DNA of 64,000 nucleotides, taken from the NCBI RefSeq assembly GCF_046119375.1, contig NW_027362790.1, forward strand, positions 6,386,001 to 6,450,000, given 5' to 3'. Position numbers and translations under genes: made by a program. Positions 36,225 through 47,944 of the stretch are shown here, piece by piece. This stretch comes from Phyllobates terribilis (lineage: Eukaryota). Position 1 is the stretch's first letter; each line of letters begins with the position of its first letter. The notes beneath the pieces were generated by a model that saw only the letters and a program-made list of their open reading frames with translations, ran no database searches and was not told the DNA's origin.

Positions 36225-38185
36225 TATGCACCTTAATAAAATCCTTGAGGGGTATAGTTTCCAAAATGGGGTCACTTGTGGGGGAGCTCCACTGTTTAGG
36301 CACATCACGGGCTCTCCAAATGCGACATGGTGTCCACTAACAAATTGAATGGAAAATCGGCTCAAATTGTTAGCGGACGCCATGTTGCGTTTGGAGAGCC
36401 CCTGTGTGCCCAAACATTGGAGCTCCCTCACAAATGACCCCATTTTGGAAACTAGACCCCCCAAGGCACCTATCTAGATGCATAGTGAGCACTTGGAACC
36501 CCCAGGTGCTTCACAAATTGATTCATAAAAATGAAAAAGTGTTTTTTTTTCACTTTTTCATTTTTACGAATCAATTTGTGAAGCACCTGGGGGTTCCAAG
36601 TGCTCACTATGCATCTAGATAGGTGCCTTGGGGGGTCTAGTTTCCAAAATGGGGTCACTTGTGGGGGAGCTCCAATGTTTGGGCACACAGGGGCTCTACA
36701 AACGCAACATGGTGTCCGCTAACAATTTGAGCCGACAATTTGTTAGCGGATACCATGTTGCATTTGGAGAGTCCCTGTGTGCCCAAACATTGGAGCTCCC
36801 CCACAAGTGACCCCATTTTGGAAACTAGACCCCCCAAGGCACCTATCTAGATGCATAGTGAGCACTTGGAACCCCCAGGTGCTTCACAAATTGATTCATA
36901 AAAATGAAAAAGTGTTTTTTTTTTCACTTTTTCATTTTTACGAATCAATTTGTGAAGCACCTGGGGGTTCAAAGTGCTCACTGTGCATCTAGATAGGTGC
37001 CTTGGGGGGTCTAGTTTTCAAAATGGGGTCACTTGTGGGGGAGCTCCAATGTTTGGGCACACAGGGGCTCTCCAAACGCAACATGGTGTCCGCTAACAAT
37101 TTGAGCCGACAATTTGTTAGCGGATACCATGTTGCATTTGGAGAGTCCCTGTGTGCCCAAACATTGTAGCTCCCCCACAAGTGACCCCATTTTGGAAACT
37201 AGACCCCCAAGGCACCTATCTAGATGCATAGTGAGCACTTGGAACCCCCAGGTGCTTCACAAATTGATTCATAAAAATGAAAAAGTGTTTTTTTTTTCAC
37301 TTTTTCATTTTTACGAATCAATTTGTGAAGCACCTGGGGGTTCCAAGTGCTCACTATGCATCTAGATAGGTGCCTTGGGGGGTCTAGTTTTCAAAATGGG
37401 GTCACTTGTGGGGGAGCTCCAATGTTTGGGCACACAGGGGCTCTCCAAACGCAACATGGTGTCCGCTAACAATTTGAGCCGACAATTTGTTAGCGGATAC
37501 CATGTTGCATTTGGAGAGTCCCTGTGTGCCCAAACATTGGAGCTCCTCCACAAGTGACCCCATTTTGGAAACTAGACCCCCCAAGGCACGTATCTAGATG
37601 CATAGTGAGCACTTGGAACCCCCAGGTGCTTCACAAATTGATTCATAAAAATGTAAAAGTGTTTTTTTTTCACTTTTTCATTTTTACGAATCAATTTGTG
37701 AAGCACCTGGGGGTTCCAAGTGCTCACTATGCATCTAGATAGGTGCCTTGGGGGGTCTAGTTTCCAAAATGGGGTCACTTGTGGGGGAACTCCAATGTTT
37801 GGGCACACAGGGGCTCTCCAAACGCAACATGGTGTCCGCTAACAATTTGAGCCGATTTTCCATTCAATTTGTTAGCGGATACTATGTTGCATTTGGAGAG
37901 TCCCTGTGTGCCCAAACATTGGAGCTCCCCCACAAGTGACCCCATTTTGGAAACTAGACCCCCCAAGGCACCTATCTAGATGCATAGTGAGCACTTGGAA
38001 CCCCTAGGTGCTTCACAAATTGATTCGTAAAAATGAAAAAGTGAAAAAATGGGGTCACTTGTGGGGGAGCTCCAATGTTTGGGCACACAGGGGCTCTCCA
38101 AACGCAACATGGTGTCCACTAACAATTTGAGCCGACAATTTGTTAGCGGATACCATGTTGCATTTGGAGTGACCCCATTTTGGAA
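36225..38185. repeat. Array of alternately inverted 185-bp monomers (period about 373 bp)
   Basis: Symmetry centres near 36540, 36913, 37285, 37660, with a second set of centres between them. Confidence 0.95.
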
Positions 38186-38556
38186 AATTGGCCTGGTCAT
38201 TAACGTGCAAACCACCCTCGGGGCTTAAGGGGTTAAATGAGAAGGTGTGTCCAAACTTTTGGTCTGTACTGTATATCTATTTTAAAAAGTCTGGTATACG
38301 CCAGTAAATTAGAACTGTGGTTTTGCAGTTCCACGGTTCAAATTTCTGTATTATCCAGCTTTTGGTATTTTTTCCGTAAAGAAAAACAGTAATAGTGTCT
38401 CCATGATTGTTCAGCCCCAAAATATATCTGTTTAAACGATTCTGGTGTAGGCCAGAGAAATCGAACTGTGGTTTTCCTCTTTCACGGTTCTAATCTTCTT
38501 TTTATTACCCTTTTTCCATTGATAGTGTGAGTGTAAGCTATTTTACTTAATTTACA

Positions 38557-41500
38557 ATGGGCAAGGCGCGTGGCAAGGGACGTGGAACTGGACGTTCTGG
38601 TGATGGTGCATGTAGAGGATGGGGCCGTGGCCAAGGTGAAAATGTGCCACAACCAACAGCCACATCTTCTCACTCCCAGTACTTGACCGAATTACTAGGG
38701 AAGCACACAACAACACCAGTATTGGGAACTGATCAGTGTGCACAGGTTATTAATTGGATAGCAGATAATACTTCCAGTTACCTGGGCACCACCACCTCCC
38801 GTCTGTCTTCCACACGGTCAAGTTTTAGTAGCCGTGAGTCTCGACCGCATACTCCTCCTCACCCTGATGCTCCTTCCTTCCACCATGCCGAGTGTCGTCA
38901 GACAGCAACTGATCCCACACTTGGACACTCTGAAGAGCTGTTCACTGGTCCATTTCCATATTTGTGCCTCTCGCCTGCTCCGCTTGAAGTGGTGGAAGAG
39001 GAGATCCCATGTAGCGATGCCCAAATATTTGAACAGCCATGGCCACAGGAAGTCGACGCTGGCAATTTGTCACAAGAGGTGGACGATGACGAGACACAAT
39101 TGCCACGAAGTGAGGAGGAGCATCGTGGTGCGCAAGTGGAAGAGGAGGAGGTGGTGGATGATCTAGTAACTGACCCAACGTGGCAGGAGGACACGCAGAG
39201 CGAGGCCAGCAGCACACAGGGGGAGGGAGGCAGAGTACCCCAACAGGCAGGAAGAAGCAGTGTGGTGGCCGCACACAGAAGGTGGGCAACAGTTCCCCTG
39301 TAACACCAACACGAGGGACGTTGCCAGTACAACCGGTAGGTCTTCCAGAGTCTGGAATTTTTTTAAAGACTCAGCTGATAACCCCAAAAAGGCCATTTGT
39401 ACCACCTGCCATGCCAGCATCAGCAGGGGTGACAAAACTACCAGCCTGACCACCACCAACATGATCAGGCACATGGCAGCAAAGCACCCGACTTTGTGGG
39501 GCGAACCCCAGGGTCCACGACCAGTGTCAGCGGGTGTCACCACTGCTTCTTCCGCTCTTGTGCATGTAATAGAACCCCCTGTTGTGCGTGCAAGGCAATC
39601 CCCTGTCCATACTGCATGCAAAGATGCCCCCTCCTCTCAGTCTTCACTTGTTATGGCAGTTTCTCAAGAAACAGCATCAATGTCCACGTCCCACTGCAGC
39701 GTTCAATTGTCCATATCCCAGACCTTTGAACGAAAGCGCAAATTCGCAGCCAACGCCCGACAGGCCACAGTCCTAAATTCGCACATTTCACGACTGCTTG
39801 CGTTGGAAATGCTACCTTTTAGGCTGGTGGAGACGGAATCCTTCTGCAACCTTATGGCGGTGGCCGTCCCTTGGTACTCGGTCCCCAGCCGACACTATTT
39901 TGCCCGGTGTGCCATCCCCGCACTACACAAACACGTGTCCCAAAACATCTGCCATGCCCTCAACAAAGCAGTCACTGGGAGAGTCAACCTGACAACGGAC
40001 GCATGGACAAGTGCTTGTGGCCAGGGACGGTACATCTCCCTGACGGCATACTGGGTAAACATAGTGGAAGCCGGGACCCAGTCGGACCTTGGGACGGAAC
40101 ACATCCTCCCCACACCGAGGATTGCGGGCCCTATGTCAGTCAGAGTTGCCCCCACAGTGTACAGCTCCTGCGCATCATCCTCCTCCTCCTCCTCATGTTC
40201 AGCCTCCATCTCAGATATCACCACATCAGTTACAAGCTGGAAGCACTGCAGTACTGCCTCAGCCAAGCGGCAACAGGCTGTACTGAAACTCATAAGCTTA
40301 GGTGATAAACCACACACTGCTTGTGAGTTGTGGACAGCTGTGAAAGAGCAGGCAGATCTGTGGCTGAGACCGCTGAACATACATCCAGGCATGGTCGTGT
40401 GTGACAATGGCCGTAACCTGGTGGCGGCTCTGAGGCGAGGCGAGATCACACACGTACCATGCCTGGCTCATGTGCTTAACCTCGTGGTTCAGCGGTTTCT
40501 TAAATCGTACCCCGAGTTGCCAGATCTGCTCGTCAAAGTACGCCGCCTGTCAGCTCATTTTTGCATGTCAGCTACAGCTTCCGCCGCCCTTGCTGTGTTG
40601 CAGCAGCGTTTGCAGCTTCCGTCACACCGACTGGTGTGTGATGTCCCCACACGTTGGAACTCTACCCTCCACATGTTGCAAAGGATTTGTGAGCAGAAGA
40701 GAGCAGTTGTGGAGTACCAGCTGCAACAAGGCCATCAATATTCAGGTCAGACTCCACACATAAGACCTCAAGAGTGGACCTGGATGTCTGACATATGTAC
40801 CATCCTGACAAACATCATTAGAGTCAGCATCCCACTTGTCTGTCTTTTGAAACGCTCTCTGCAGAGAATTAAAGAGGAGGCATTGCAGCCAGAGTATGAT
40901 GAGATGGATCAAGAGATTACACACAACCCAGCCTCATCTCATCCCAACGTGCATTGGGGGACAATGAGGGAGAGGAGGAGGAGGAAGAACAGGAGCTGGT
41001 ATCATGTGCTTTAGACGGTAGTACCTGTACAACTGTCATACCGTCGGTTCAGCGTGGGTGGCCTGAGGACAGGGGGGAGGAGGAGAGCATAGTCAGTCGT
41101 CATCCTGGTGAGGACACGGAAGTCTTGCCCGTTACCAGTCTGGCACGCATGGCTGACTTTATGTTACGCTGCCTTAACCGTGACCCTCGTGTTGTCAAAA
41201 TGTTGGGTGACAGTCATTACTGCTTGGTGACACTTTTAGACCCCCACTACAAGGAGAACTTTCACTCTCTTATTCCTGAGGTGGAGAGGTCTACAAAAAT
41301 GGGGCAGTACCAGAAGGCCCTTGCTGCAGAACTGTTAAAAAATTCCCATCTGAACACGCTAGCGCCAGAGGTCACAGTTCGTTGCCCAACCAAGACGTAC
41401 AGGCGAGAGAGATGCAACTCCAATCCAGCAGAGGCAGGGGATCACTGTCAACCTTCTGGGACAGTTTTCTGAGACCCGCCCAGCTTACAGGCCCTGAGGC

Positions 41501-41840
41501 GCGGGGTACTCTCACAAGGAGTGGAAAGTTTCAAAAGATGGTGAGGGAGTACCTTGCCGACCGTACCAGAGTCCTCCGTGATTCCTCTGTGCCTTTTAAT
41601 TATTGGGTATCCAAGCTGTACACTTAGAATGAACTCGCTCTACACGCCTTGGAGGTCCTGGCCTGCCCTGCCGCTAGCGTGTTATTGGAGCGTGTTTTTA
41701 GTGCTGCTAGGGGAATTATAACTGATAAGCGCACTTGCCTGTCAACTGACAATGCTGACAAGCTGACCCTTATCAAAATGAACAAGGGCTGGATTGGGCC
41801 AGACTTCTCATCACCACCAAATGACAGCAGAATAACATAA
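38557..41840 (+). pseudogene. hAT transposase (BED finger, DDE, hATC), several frameshifts/stops
   Basis: VWNFF..C..C..H...H; LTTDAWTS; VCDNG; HVPCLAHVLNL; DVPTRWNS; ASVLLERVFS..KMN across ORFs 38557, 39260, 40954, 41382, 41649. Confidence 0.93.
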
Positions 41841-42002
41841 AGTCAAATCCACTGTGTTATTTCGGTGAGGTGTATTCCCATGCACCGCTTCACACCCATA
41901 CATGGGTATACGCTTCCTCATTTCGGCTGTATTTTGCTCTTCTCCTTATCCTCAGCCTCCATCACCACTATACCACCAGGGTGACCGTGGTCCGTGTTGC
42001 CA

Positions 42003-42803
42003 GCATTGCAAGTTCCTCCATCCTAATTTTTGGCAGCTTTTGCTTGGAAGGCATAGGCAAAGACTATGGGAGACCCACTCCCCAATAATGGGAATAATGT
42101 TTTTAATATGCTGTACTGCATGGCTCTTGTAAGGGGCATTGCAAGTTCCTCCATCCTAATTTTTGGCAGCTTTTGCTTGGAAGGCATAGGCAAAGACTAT
42201 GGGAGACCCACTCCCCAATAATGGGAATAATGTTTTTAATATGCTATACTGCATGGCTCTTGTAAGGGGCATTGCAAGTTCCTCCATCCTAATTTTTGGA
42301 AGCTTTTGCTTGGAAGGCATAAGCAAATACTATGGGAGACCCACTCCCCAATAATGGGACTTATGATTGTAATATGCTGTACTGCATGGCTCTTGTAAGG
42401 GGCATTGCAAGTTCCTCTGTCCTAATTTTTGGCAGCTTTTACTTGGAAAGCATAGGCTAAGACTATGGGAGACCCACTCACCAATAATGGGAATGTTTTT
42501 AATATGCTGTACTGCATGGCTCTTGTAAGGGGCATTGCAAGTTCCTCCGTCCTAATTTTTGGCAGCTTTTGCTTGGAAGGCATAGGTAAAGACTATGGGA
42601 GACCCACTCCCCAATAATGGGAATAATGTTTTTAATATGCTGTACTGTATGGCTCTTGTAAGGGGCATTGCAAGTTCCTCCGTCCTAATTTTTGGCAGCT
42701 TTTGCTTGGAAGGCATAGGGAAAGACTATGGGAGACCCACTCCCCAATAATTGGAATAATGTTTTTAATATGCTGTACTGCATGGCTCTTTGTAAGGGGC
42801 ATT
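42003..42803. repeat. 133-bp tandem repeat, 6 copies
   Basis: GCATTGCAAGTTCCTC at 42003, 42136, 42269, 42402, 42532, 42665. Confidence 0.96.
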
Positions 42804-43330
42804 AAAATCGTCTTGTTAAGCTACTGTGACCTCCACGTCTCTTCCAAGGGTCATTGATATTGTCTTTTTATTCCACTGGGACTTCCACGTCTCTTCCATG
42901 GGGCATTGATATTGTCATTTTATTCCACTGCGACCTCCACCACTCTTCCAAGGGGCATTAAAACCGTCTTGTTAAGCTACTGTGACCTCCACGTCTCTTC
43001 CACGGGGCATTGATATTGTCATTTTATTCCACTGTAACCTCCACCACTCTTCCAAGGGGCATTAAAACCGTCTTGTTAAGCTACTGTGACCTCCACATCT
43101 CTTCCAAGGGGCATTAAAACCATCTTGTTAAACCACTCTGAACTCCACAGCTCTTCCAAGGGGCATTAAAACCGTCTTGTTAAGCTACTGTGACCTCCGC
43201 GTCTCTTCCAAGGGGCATTAAAACCGTCTTGTTAAACCACTCTGAACTCCACAGCTCTTCCAAGGGGCATTGAAATGTTGTTTTTAATTACCTCTAACCT
43301 CTGACCTCCATGTCACTTCCAAGGGTCATT
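42797..43330. repeat. About 52-bp tandem repeat, about 10 copies, two variants
   Basis: GGGGCATTAAAACCGTCTTGTTAAGCTACTGTGACCTCCACGTCTCTTCCAA and a GATATTGTC variant. Confidence 0.92.
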
Positions 43331-43765
43331 GGAGTGCCTCGAAATTTTTGGTAGGCATTGCACTCACTGTATGCCCTATAACTGTGTAGCTGAACCGCTC
43401 CTTTTGGTACAGAAACATATCCTACCAGACATGTGTGGTTGACTGGCCTGATAATGATGAGAATGGTCCCCGTTCCTCCTGCTCTTTATCCTTTGCCACC
43501 ACCTCATCCATCATTCATCACCTGAAGCTTTGTTTTAACGGGAGTCATAGAACTGGGATAGTAGCAGGAAAACATCCAGCAATCCTCGGAGGAGGTAGGA
43601 TATGCGCCAAAACGCTGACCACCTCAGTCCTAGCAGCTACTACATACATGCGCTTTCATTCCAAGGAACAGAAAGCTAAGGAGATGGATGGCCTCATGAT
43701 CATGAATAATTTACTCGTTGTGTAGGAGGCCGACCACTGCTGCTGTCTACCTTCTGAACTTTGTA

Positions 43766-45404
43766 CCAGACAATGTGAACTGAGGTCTAAGATGGCAGAC
43801 ATACAAGAAACAGAGGCATGTTCACACTAGCAAAAAGGAAGCAAGACAAAAATATATCTCATACCCTACCATAATTATATATAAATGTAAAGCAAAATTG
43901 CATAATAAATATAGGGTACTTAGTGAACTATTTTTGATCAAAAAAAGTATACAAGCCGTCCCACCAGCGGCAAGGTGACCCTAAATTGGGACGGTACCTA
44001 TACTGCCTATATTAAAAACCTTACTGTATATCAAAGTTGAAGTAATGCATATAAAAGGGTAGACAAATAGGACCGGGTCCCAACTCCAGACCACCTAGGC
44101 CCGTGGTAAGCTACATATATATACCAATCAGCTCAACAAAGGGCATGCCACACCCTTAAATTGCACAGAATGCAAACAAGTCAAAAAAACAGACAATGTG
44201 AACTGAGGTCTAAGATGGCAGACATACAAGAAACAGAGGCATGTTCACATTAGCAAAAAGGAAGCAAGACAAAAATATATCTCATACCCTACCATAATTA
44301 TATATAAATGTAAAGCAAAATTGCATAATAAATATAGGGTACTTAGTGAACTATTTTTGATCAAAAAAAGTATACAAGCCGTCCCACCAGCGGCAAGGTG
44401 ACCCTAAATTGGGACGGTACCTATACTGCCTATATTAAAAACCTTACTGTATATCAAAGTTGAAGTAATGCATATAAAAGGGTAGACAAATAGGACCGGG
44501 TCCCAACTCCAGACCACCTAGGCCCGTGGTAAGCTACATATATACCAATCAGCTCAACAAAGGGCATGCCACACCCTTAAATTGCACAGAATGCAAACAA
44601 GTCAAAAAACCAGACAATGTGAACTGAGGTCTAAGATGGCAGACATACAAGAAACAGAGGCATGTTCACACTAGCAAAAAGGAAGCAAGACAAAAATATA
44701 TCTCATACCCTACCATAATTATATATAAATGTAAAGCAAAATTGCATAATAAATATAGGGTACTTAGTGAACTATTTTTGATCAAAAAAAGTATACAAGC
44801 CGTCCCACCAGCGGCAAGGTGACCCTAAATTGGGACGGTACCTATACTGCCTATATTAAAAACCTTACTGTATATCAAAGTTGAAGTAATGCATATAAAA
44901 GGGTAGACAAATAGGACCGGGTCCCAACTCCAGACCACCTAGGCCCGTGGTAAGCTACATATATACCAATCAGCTCAACAAAGGGCATGCCACACCCTTA
45001 AATTGCACAGAATGCAAACAAGTCAAAAAAACAGACAATGTGAACTGAGGTCTAAGATGGCAGACATACAAGAAACAGAGGCATGTTCACACTAGCAAAA
45101 AGGAAGCAAGACAAAAATATATCTCATACCCTACCATAATTATATATAAATGTAAAGCAAAATTGCATAATAAATATAGGGTACTTAGTGAACTATTTTT
45201 GATCAAAAAAAGTATACAAGCCGTCCCACCAGCGGCAAGGTGACCCTAAATTGGGACGGTACCTATACTGCCTATATTAAAAACCTTACTGTATATCAAA
45301 GTTGAAGTAATGCATATAAAAGGGTAGACAAATAGGACCGGGTCCCAACTCCAGACCACCTAGGCCCGTGGTAAGCTACATATATACCAATCAGCTCAAC
45401 AAAG
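43766..45404 (-). repeat. 421-bp near-identical tandem array (3.9 units), probable Penelope pseudo-LTRs
   Basis: CAGACAATGTG at 43767, 44190, 44611, 45032. An inverted copy at 45409-45741 joins directly to a Penelope RT. Confidence 0.93.
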
Positions 45405-45426
45405 CAGTAATATAGGCAGTATAGGT

Positions 45427-45510
45427 ACCGTCCCAATTTAGGGTCACCTTGCCGCTGGTGGGACGGCTTGTATACTTTTTTTGATCAAAAATAGTTCACT
45501 AAGTACCCTA
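45427..45510 (+). ncRNA. Candidate HDV-like ribozyme (also on the minus strand in each tandem unit)
   Basis: P1 CCGTCCC/GGGACGG, P3 ACC/GGT around L3 TTGCCGCT, P2 TAGGGT/ACCCTA, hairpin-capable P4, J4/2 CTAA, in HDV order. Deviations from consensus are listed in the finding. Confidence 0.5.
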
Positions 45511-45741
45511 TATTTATTATGCAATTTTGCTTTACATTTATATATAATTATGGTAGGGTATGAGATATATTTTTGTCTTGCTTCCTTTTTGCTAGTGTGA
45601 ACATGCCTCTGTTTCTTGTATGTCTGCCATCTTAGACCTCAGTTCACATTGTCTGGTTTTTTGACTTGTTTGCATTCTGTGCAATTTAAGGGTGTGGCAT
45701 GCCCTTTGTTGAGCTGATTGGTATATATGTAGCTTACCACG

Positions 45742-47060
45742 GATGCTAGACTCCAGAAACTAATTCTGGAATTATTGGAATTTGTATCGACTCATAATTA
45801 TTTTACATTCAAGGATCGTTACTATCTACAACGTCGAGGGATGGCGATGGAGGTGACTTGTTCCCCCTCATATGCCAACCTCTTTATGGGTTTGTGGGAA
45901 CGGAACCACATGTTGCCTTACCTTTCTAGTGTATCTGGTCCGTCTGTAATCAGTTGGATGCGATTTATAGACGACGTCCTTTTCATCTGGCAAGGGGATA
46001 GGATTGAATTGGATCGGATTTTGAAACATTTAAACACCAACGATTGGAATGTTAAGCTGAGTTTTAACGTCACTCGGGATAGGATTAATTTTCTGGACCT
46101 ATTGATTACTATTGATCAGTTTGGAACTATCCACAGTAGCATTCATCATAAGGACACTAGTACTAACTCAATATTGCATGCTAACTCAGCACATCCTTTG
46201 CACACCATTAGAGCTATCACTAAGGGACAGTTTATTAGAGCTCGCCATATTTGTGGTTCTAATAGTGAATTTGAAGCTCAAGCTAGGACTCTGACGTCTA
46301 GATTTTTGCGTCGGGATTATGATATAGGTGTTATTGATAATGGGTACCAACAGGCTAGGGATATGGATCGAAATGTTCTTATCCATAAAAAAACCCTACG
46401 CAAAGAGGATTCTAGACTAAGGATCATAACTAACTACCATAGTAGGTGGAGGGATATGACGGCTATAATCAATCATTTTTGGCCCATTTTAAAACAGGAT
46501 CCTGTGCTTTCAAAATTGATTGAGGATAGACCCCTTATTACTGCGAGAAGGAGCAGAACGATTGGTGAAACTATAACACACAGCCACTATGTAGCTCCAG
46601 GATCCAAATTTATTTTTGGGTCTAAGGGACCTAGATGAGGTTCTCAATCATGTGGTGATTGCAATATTTGTTGCTTTATGGTAAAAACTGATGGATTTTC
46701 CAACTCTGCTGGCACCCGGACGTATAAGATTGTCCATTCCATTAATTGTAAAACTACAGCTGTCATTTACCATCTCACATGTCCTTGTGGCCTAGTTTAT
46801 ATTGGATTCACTTCAAGGCAATTACGTGTTCGGATACAGGAACACATAAGGGAAATTAAATCTGCAAGGCTTTTGGACCAGGATGGCACCTATAAGGAGG
46901 ACACTATGAAACTGAAGACATTACCTGCCCATTATCGTAGTCATCATCCACTGGGAATTATAGAAAGGCAAGTCTGTGGTATTGATGTTGTCCTTATGGG
47001 TATACATGGTGGACATCTTATGAATAGATTGGCCCAGAGGGAGTGTCGTTGGATAAAGAC
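45742..47060 (+). mobile_element. Penelope-like (Neptune-type) element, 5'-truncated RT + GIY-YIG endonuclease
   Basis: RGMAM...PSYANLFM, RFIDD, INFLDLLI; CGDCNIC linker; VIYHLTCPCGLVYIGFT..LRVRIQEH. One in-frame TGA at 46636. Cut at 47061 by a hAT terminus. Confidence 0.93.
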
Positions 47061-47940
47061 TAGTGTTGAGCCACCCCCGTAGTGTTCGAGTTCGGTTCGG
47101 TTCGTCGAACACCCGTGTGTTCGCCGAACTGTTCGTCGAACTGTTCGTCGAACACCTTCGAACACCGTTAAAACCAATGGCAGGCAAACAAAAACACATA
47201 GAAACACATAGAAAACACCTTCAAAGGTGTCCAAAAGCTGACAAACTGCTCAGAAGACACAACTAACACATGGAAAAGTGACAAGTACATATAGTCATGC
47301 GAAAAGAAAAGAGGTGGAGGAGTAAAAGGAGGGGGAGACACAGATATAGGCATGTCATGCCCTTCTAAAATCCAAAAAGTGAGAAGCCGAGACGGCCAGT
47401 CCGCTCCTGCCCGTGCCACCTCCGTGTCGCCGGGTTTGTGCCAGAGCCGCGGTGAACCCTGACGGCCAGCCCCCCTCTCCCAATACTGGTGCCTGTCCGC
47501 TGGTGGGTCGAGAGAGCCCCCCTGTGGTGGAGGCAGCTCTAAGCTTTTTAATTTAAATTGTCCCTCTAATTTGAATGAATACACTTTAAATCCATTTACA
47601 AGGATCTATTGGAGGGCAAGTCTCATGCCAGCAGCCGCGTAATTCCAGCTCCAGTAGCGTCCACTAAAGCTGCTGCAGTTAAAAAGCTTTTATAAGGATC
47701 GAGCTCGGCTGTCCACCGCAAGGCATCCTAGTGCCAGTCCCAGCCCCTATGCCTTGGGGTGCCTCCTGATGCTCTTCACTAAGTATCCCGTGGTCCCGAA
47801 GCATTTCCTTTGAAAAAATTAAGTGTCCAAACTACAGGTGGTGTAGCTTGCTTAACAGCCGGGATAATCCGCTGACTAGCAGACACTGCTACTAGGCACA
47901 AAGTATTTCCTGGGCTAGATGCAGTTAAAAATTTGTAAGT
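47061..47940 (-). mobile_element. hAT terminal segment with TTCG subterminal repeats
   Basis: TAGTGTTGAGC terminus at 47061; repeated GTTCG..CGAAC; CTAGATGCAG.TAAAAATT motif shared with 51345 and the 55325-56290 array. Confidence 0.75.
47562..47837 (+). pseudogene. Degenerate 18S rRNA fragment (530-loop to V4 region)
   Basis: CACTTTAAATCC..GGATCTATTGGAGGGCAAGTCT..TGCCAGCAGCCGCG.TAATTCCAGCTCCA.TAGCG...GCTGCAGTTAAAAAGCT...CCCGAAGC.TTT.CTTTGAAAAAATT follows conserved eukaryotic 18S with many substitutions and indels. Confidence 0.9.
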
Positions 47941-47944
47941 AGAT

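Larger units (their letters stand above)
34203..38232 (+). mobile_element. TTAA-targeting (piggyBac-like) non-autonomous element, 4.0 kb
   Basis: TTAA|CCCCTTAA...TTAAGGGG|TTAA. TSDs at 34199-34202 and 38233-38236. No transposase. Confidence 0.9.
33217..38271 (+). mobile_element. Internally deleted Tc1 with a 4-kb insert in its right TIR
   Basis: TIR CA.TACAGACCAAAAGTTTG, TA TSD at 33215-33216 and 38272-38273. Residual ORF 33622-34074 (MARKKQL...PDLNPVEMVW). Same family as 62086-63698. Confidence 0.93.
30012..43330 (+). mobile_element. Large hAT element 1 (right end not found) with internal satellites and nested insertions
   Basis: Left termini TAGTGATGAGCG (30012) and TAGTGTTGAGCG (30415), 151-bp array, transposase at 38557-41840, 3' arrays. 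No right TIR seen before the Penelope region. Confidence 0.8.

Noticed and set aside
43435-43725. 96-aa plus-strand ORF
   Set aside because: The opposite strand shows a decayed hAT transposase remnant (HILPPPRIAG), so the plus-strand ORF is probably spurious.
43766-45404. Canonical hammerhead in the 421-bp unit
   Set aside because: The only CTGA occurrences read CTGAGGT and CTGATTG; there is no CUGANGA core on either strand.
46636-46638. In-frame TGA between RT and GIY-YIG as selenocysteine or readthrough
   Set aside because: It is not at a Cys position of the CxxC linker. A TGG or CGA to TGA mutation in a truncated copy is simpler, and no SECIS was recognised.
47562-47837. Functional rRNA gene
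   Set aside because: Short, with substitutions and indels in universally conserved positions and no flanking rDNA.
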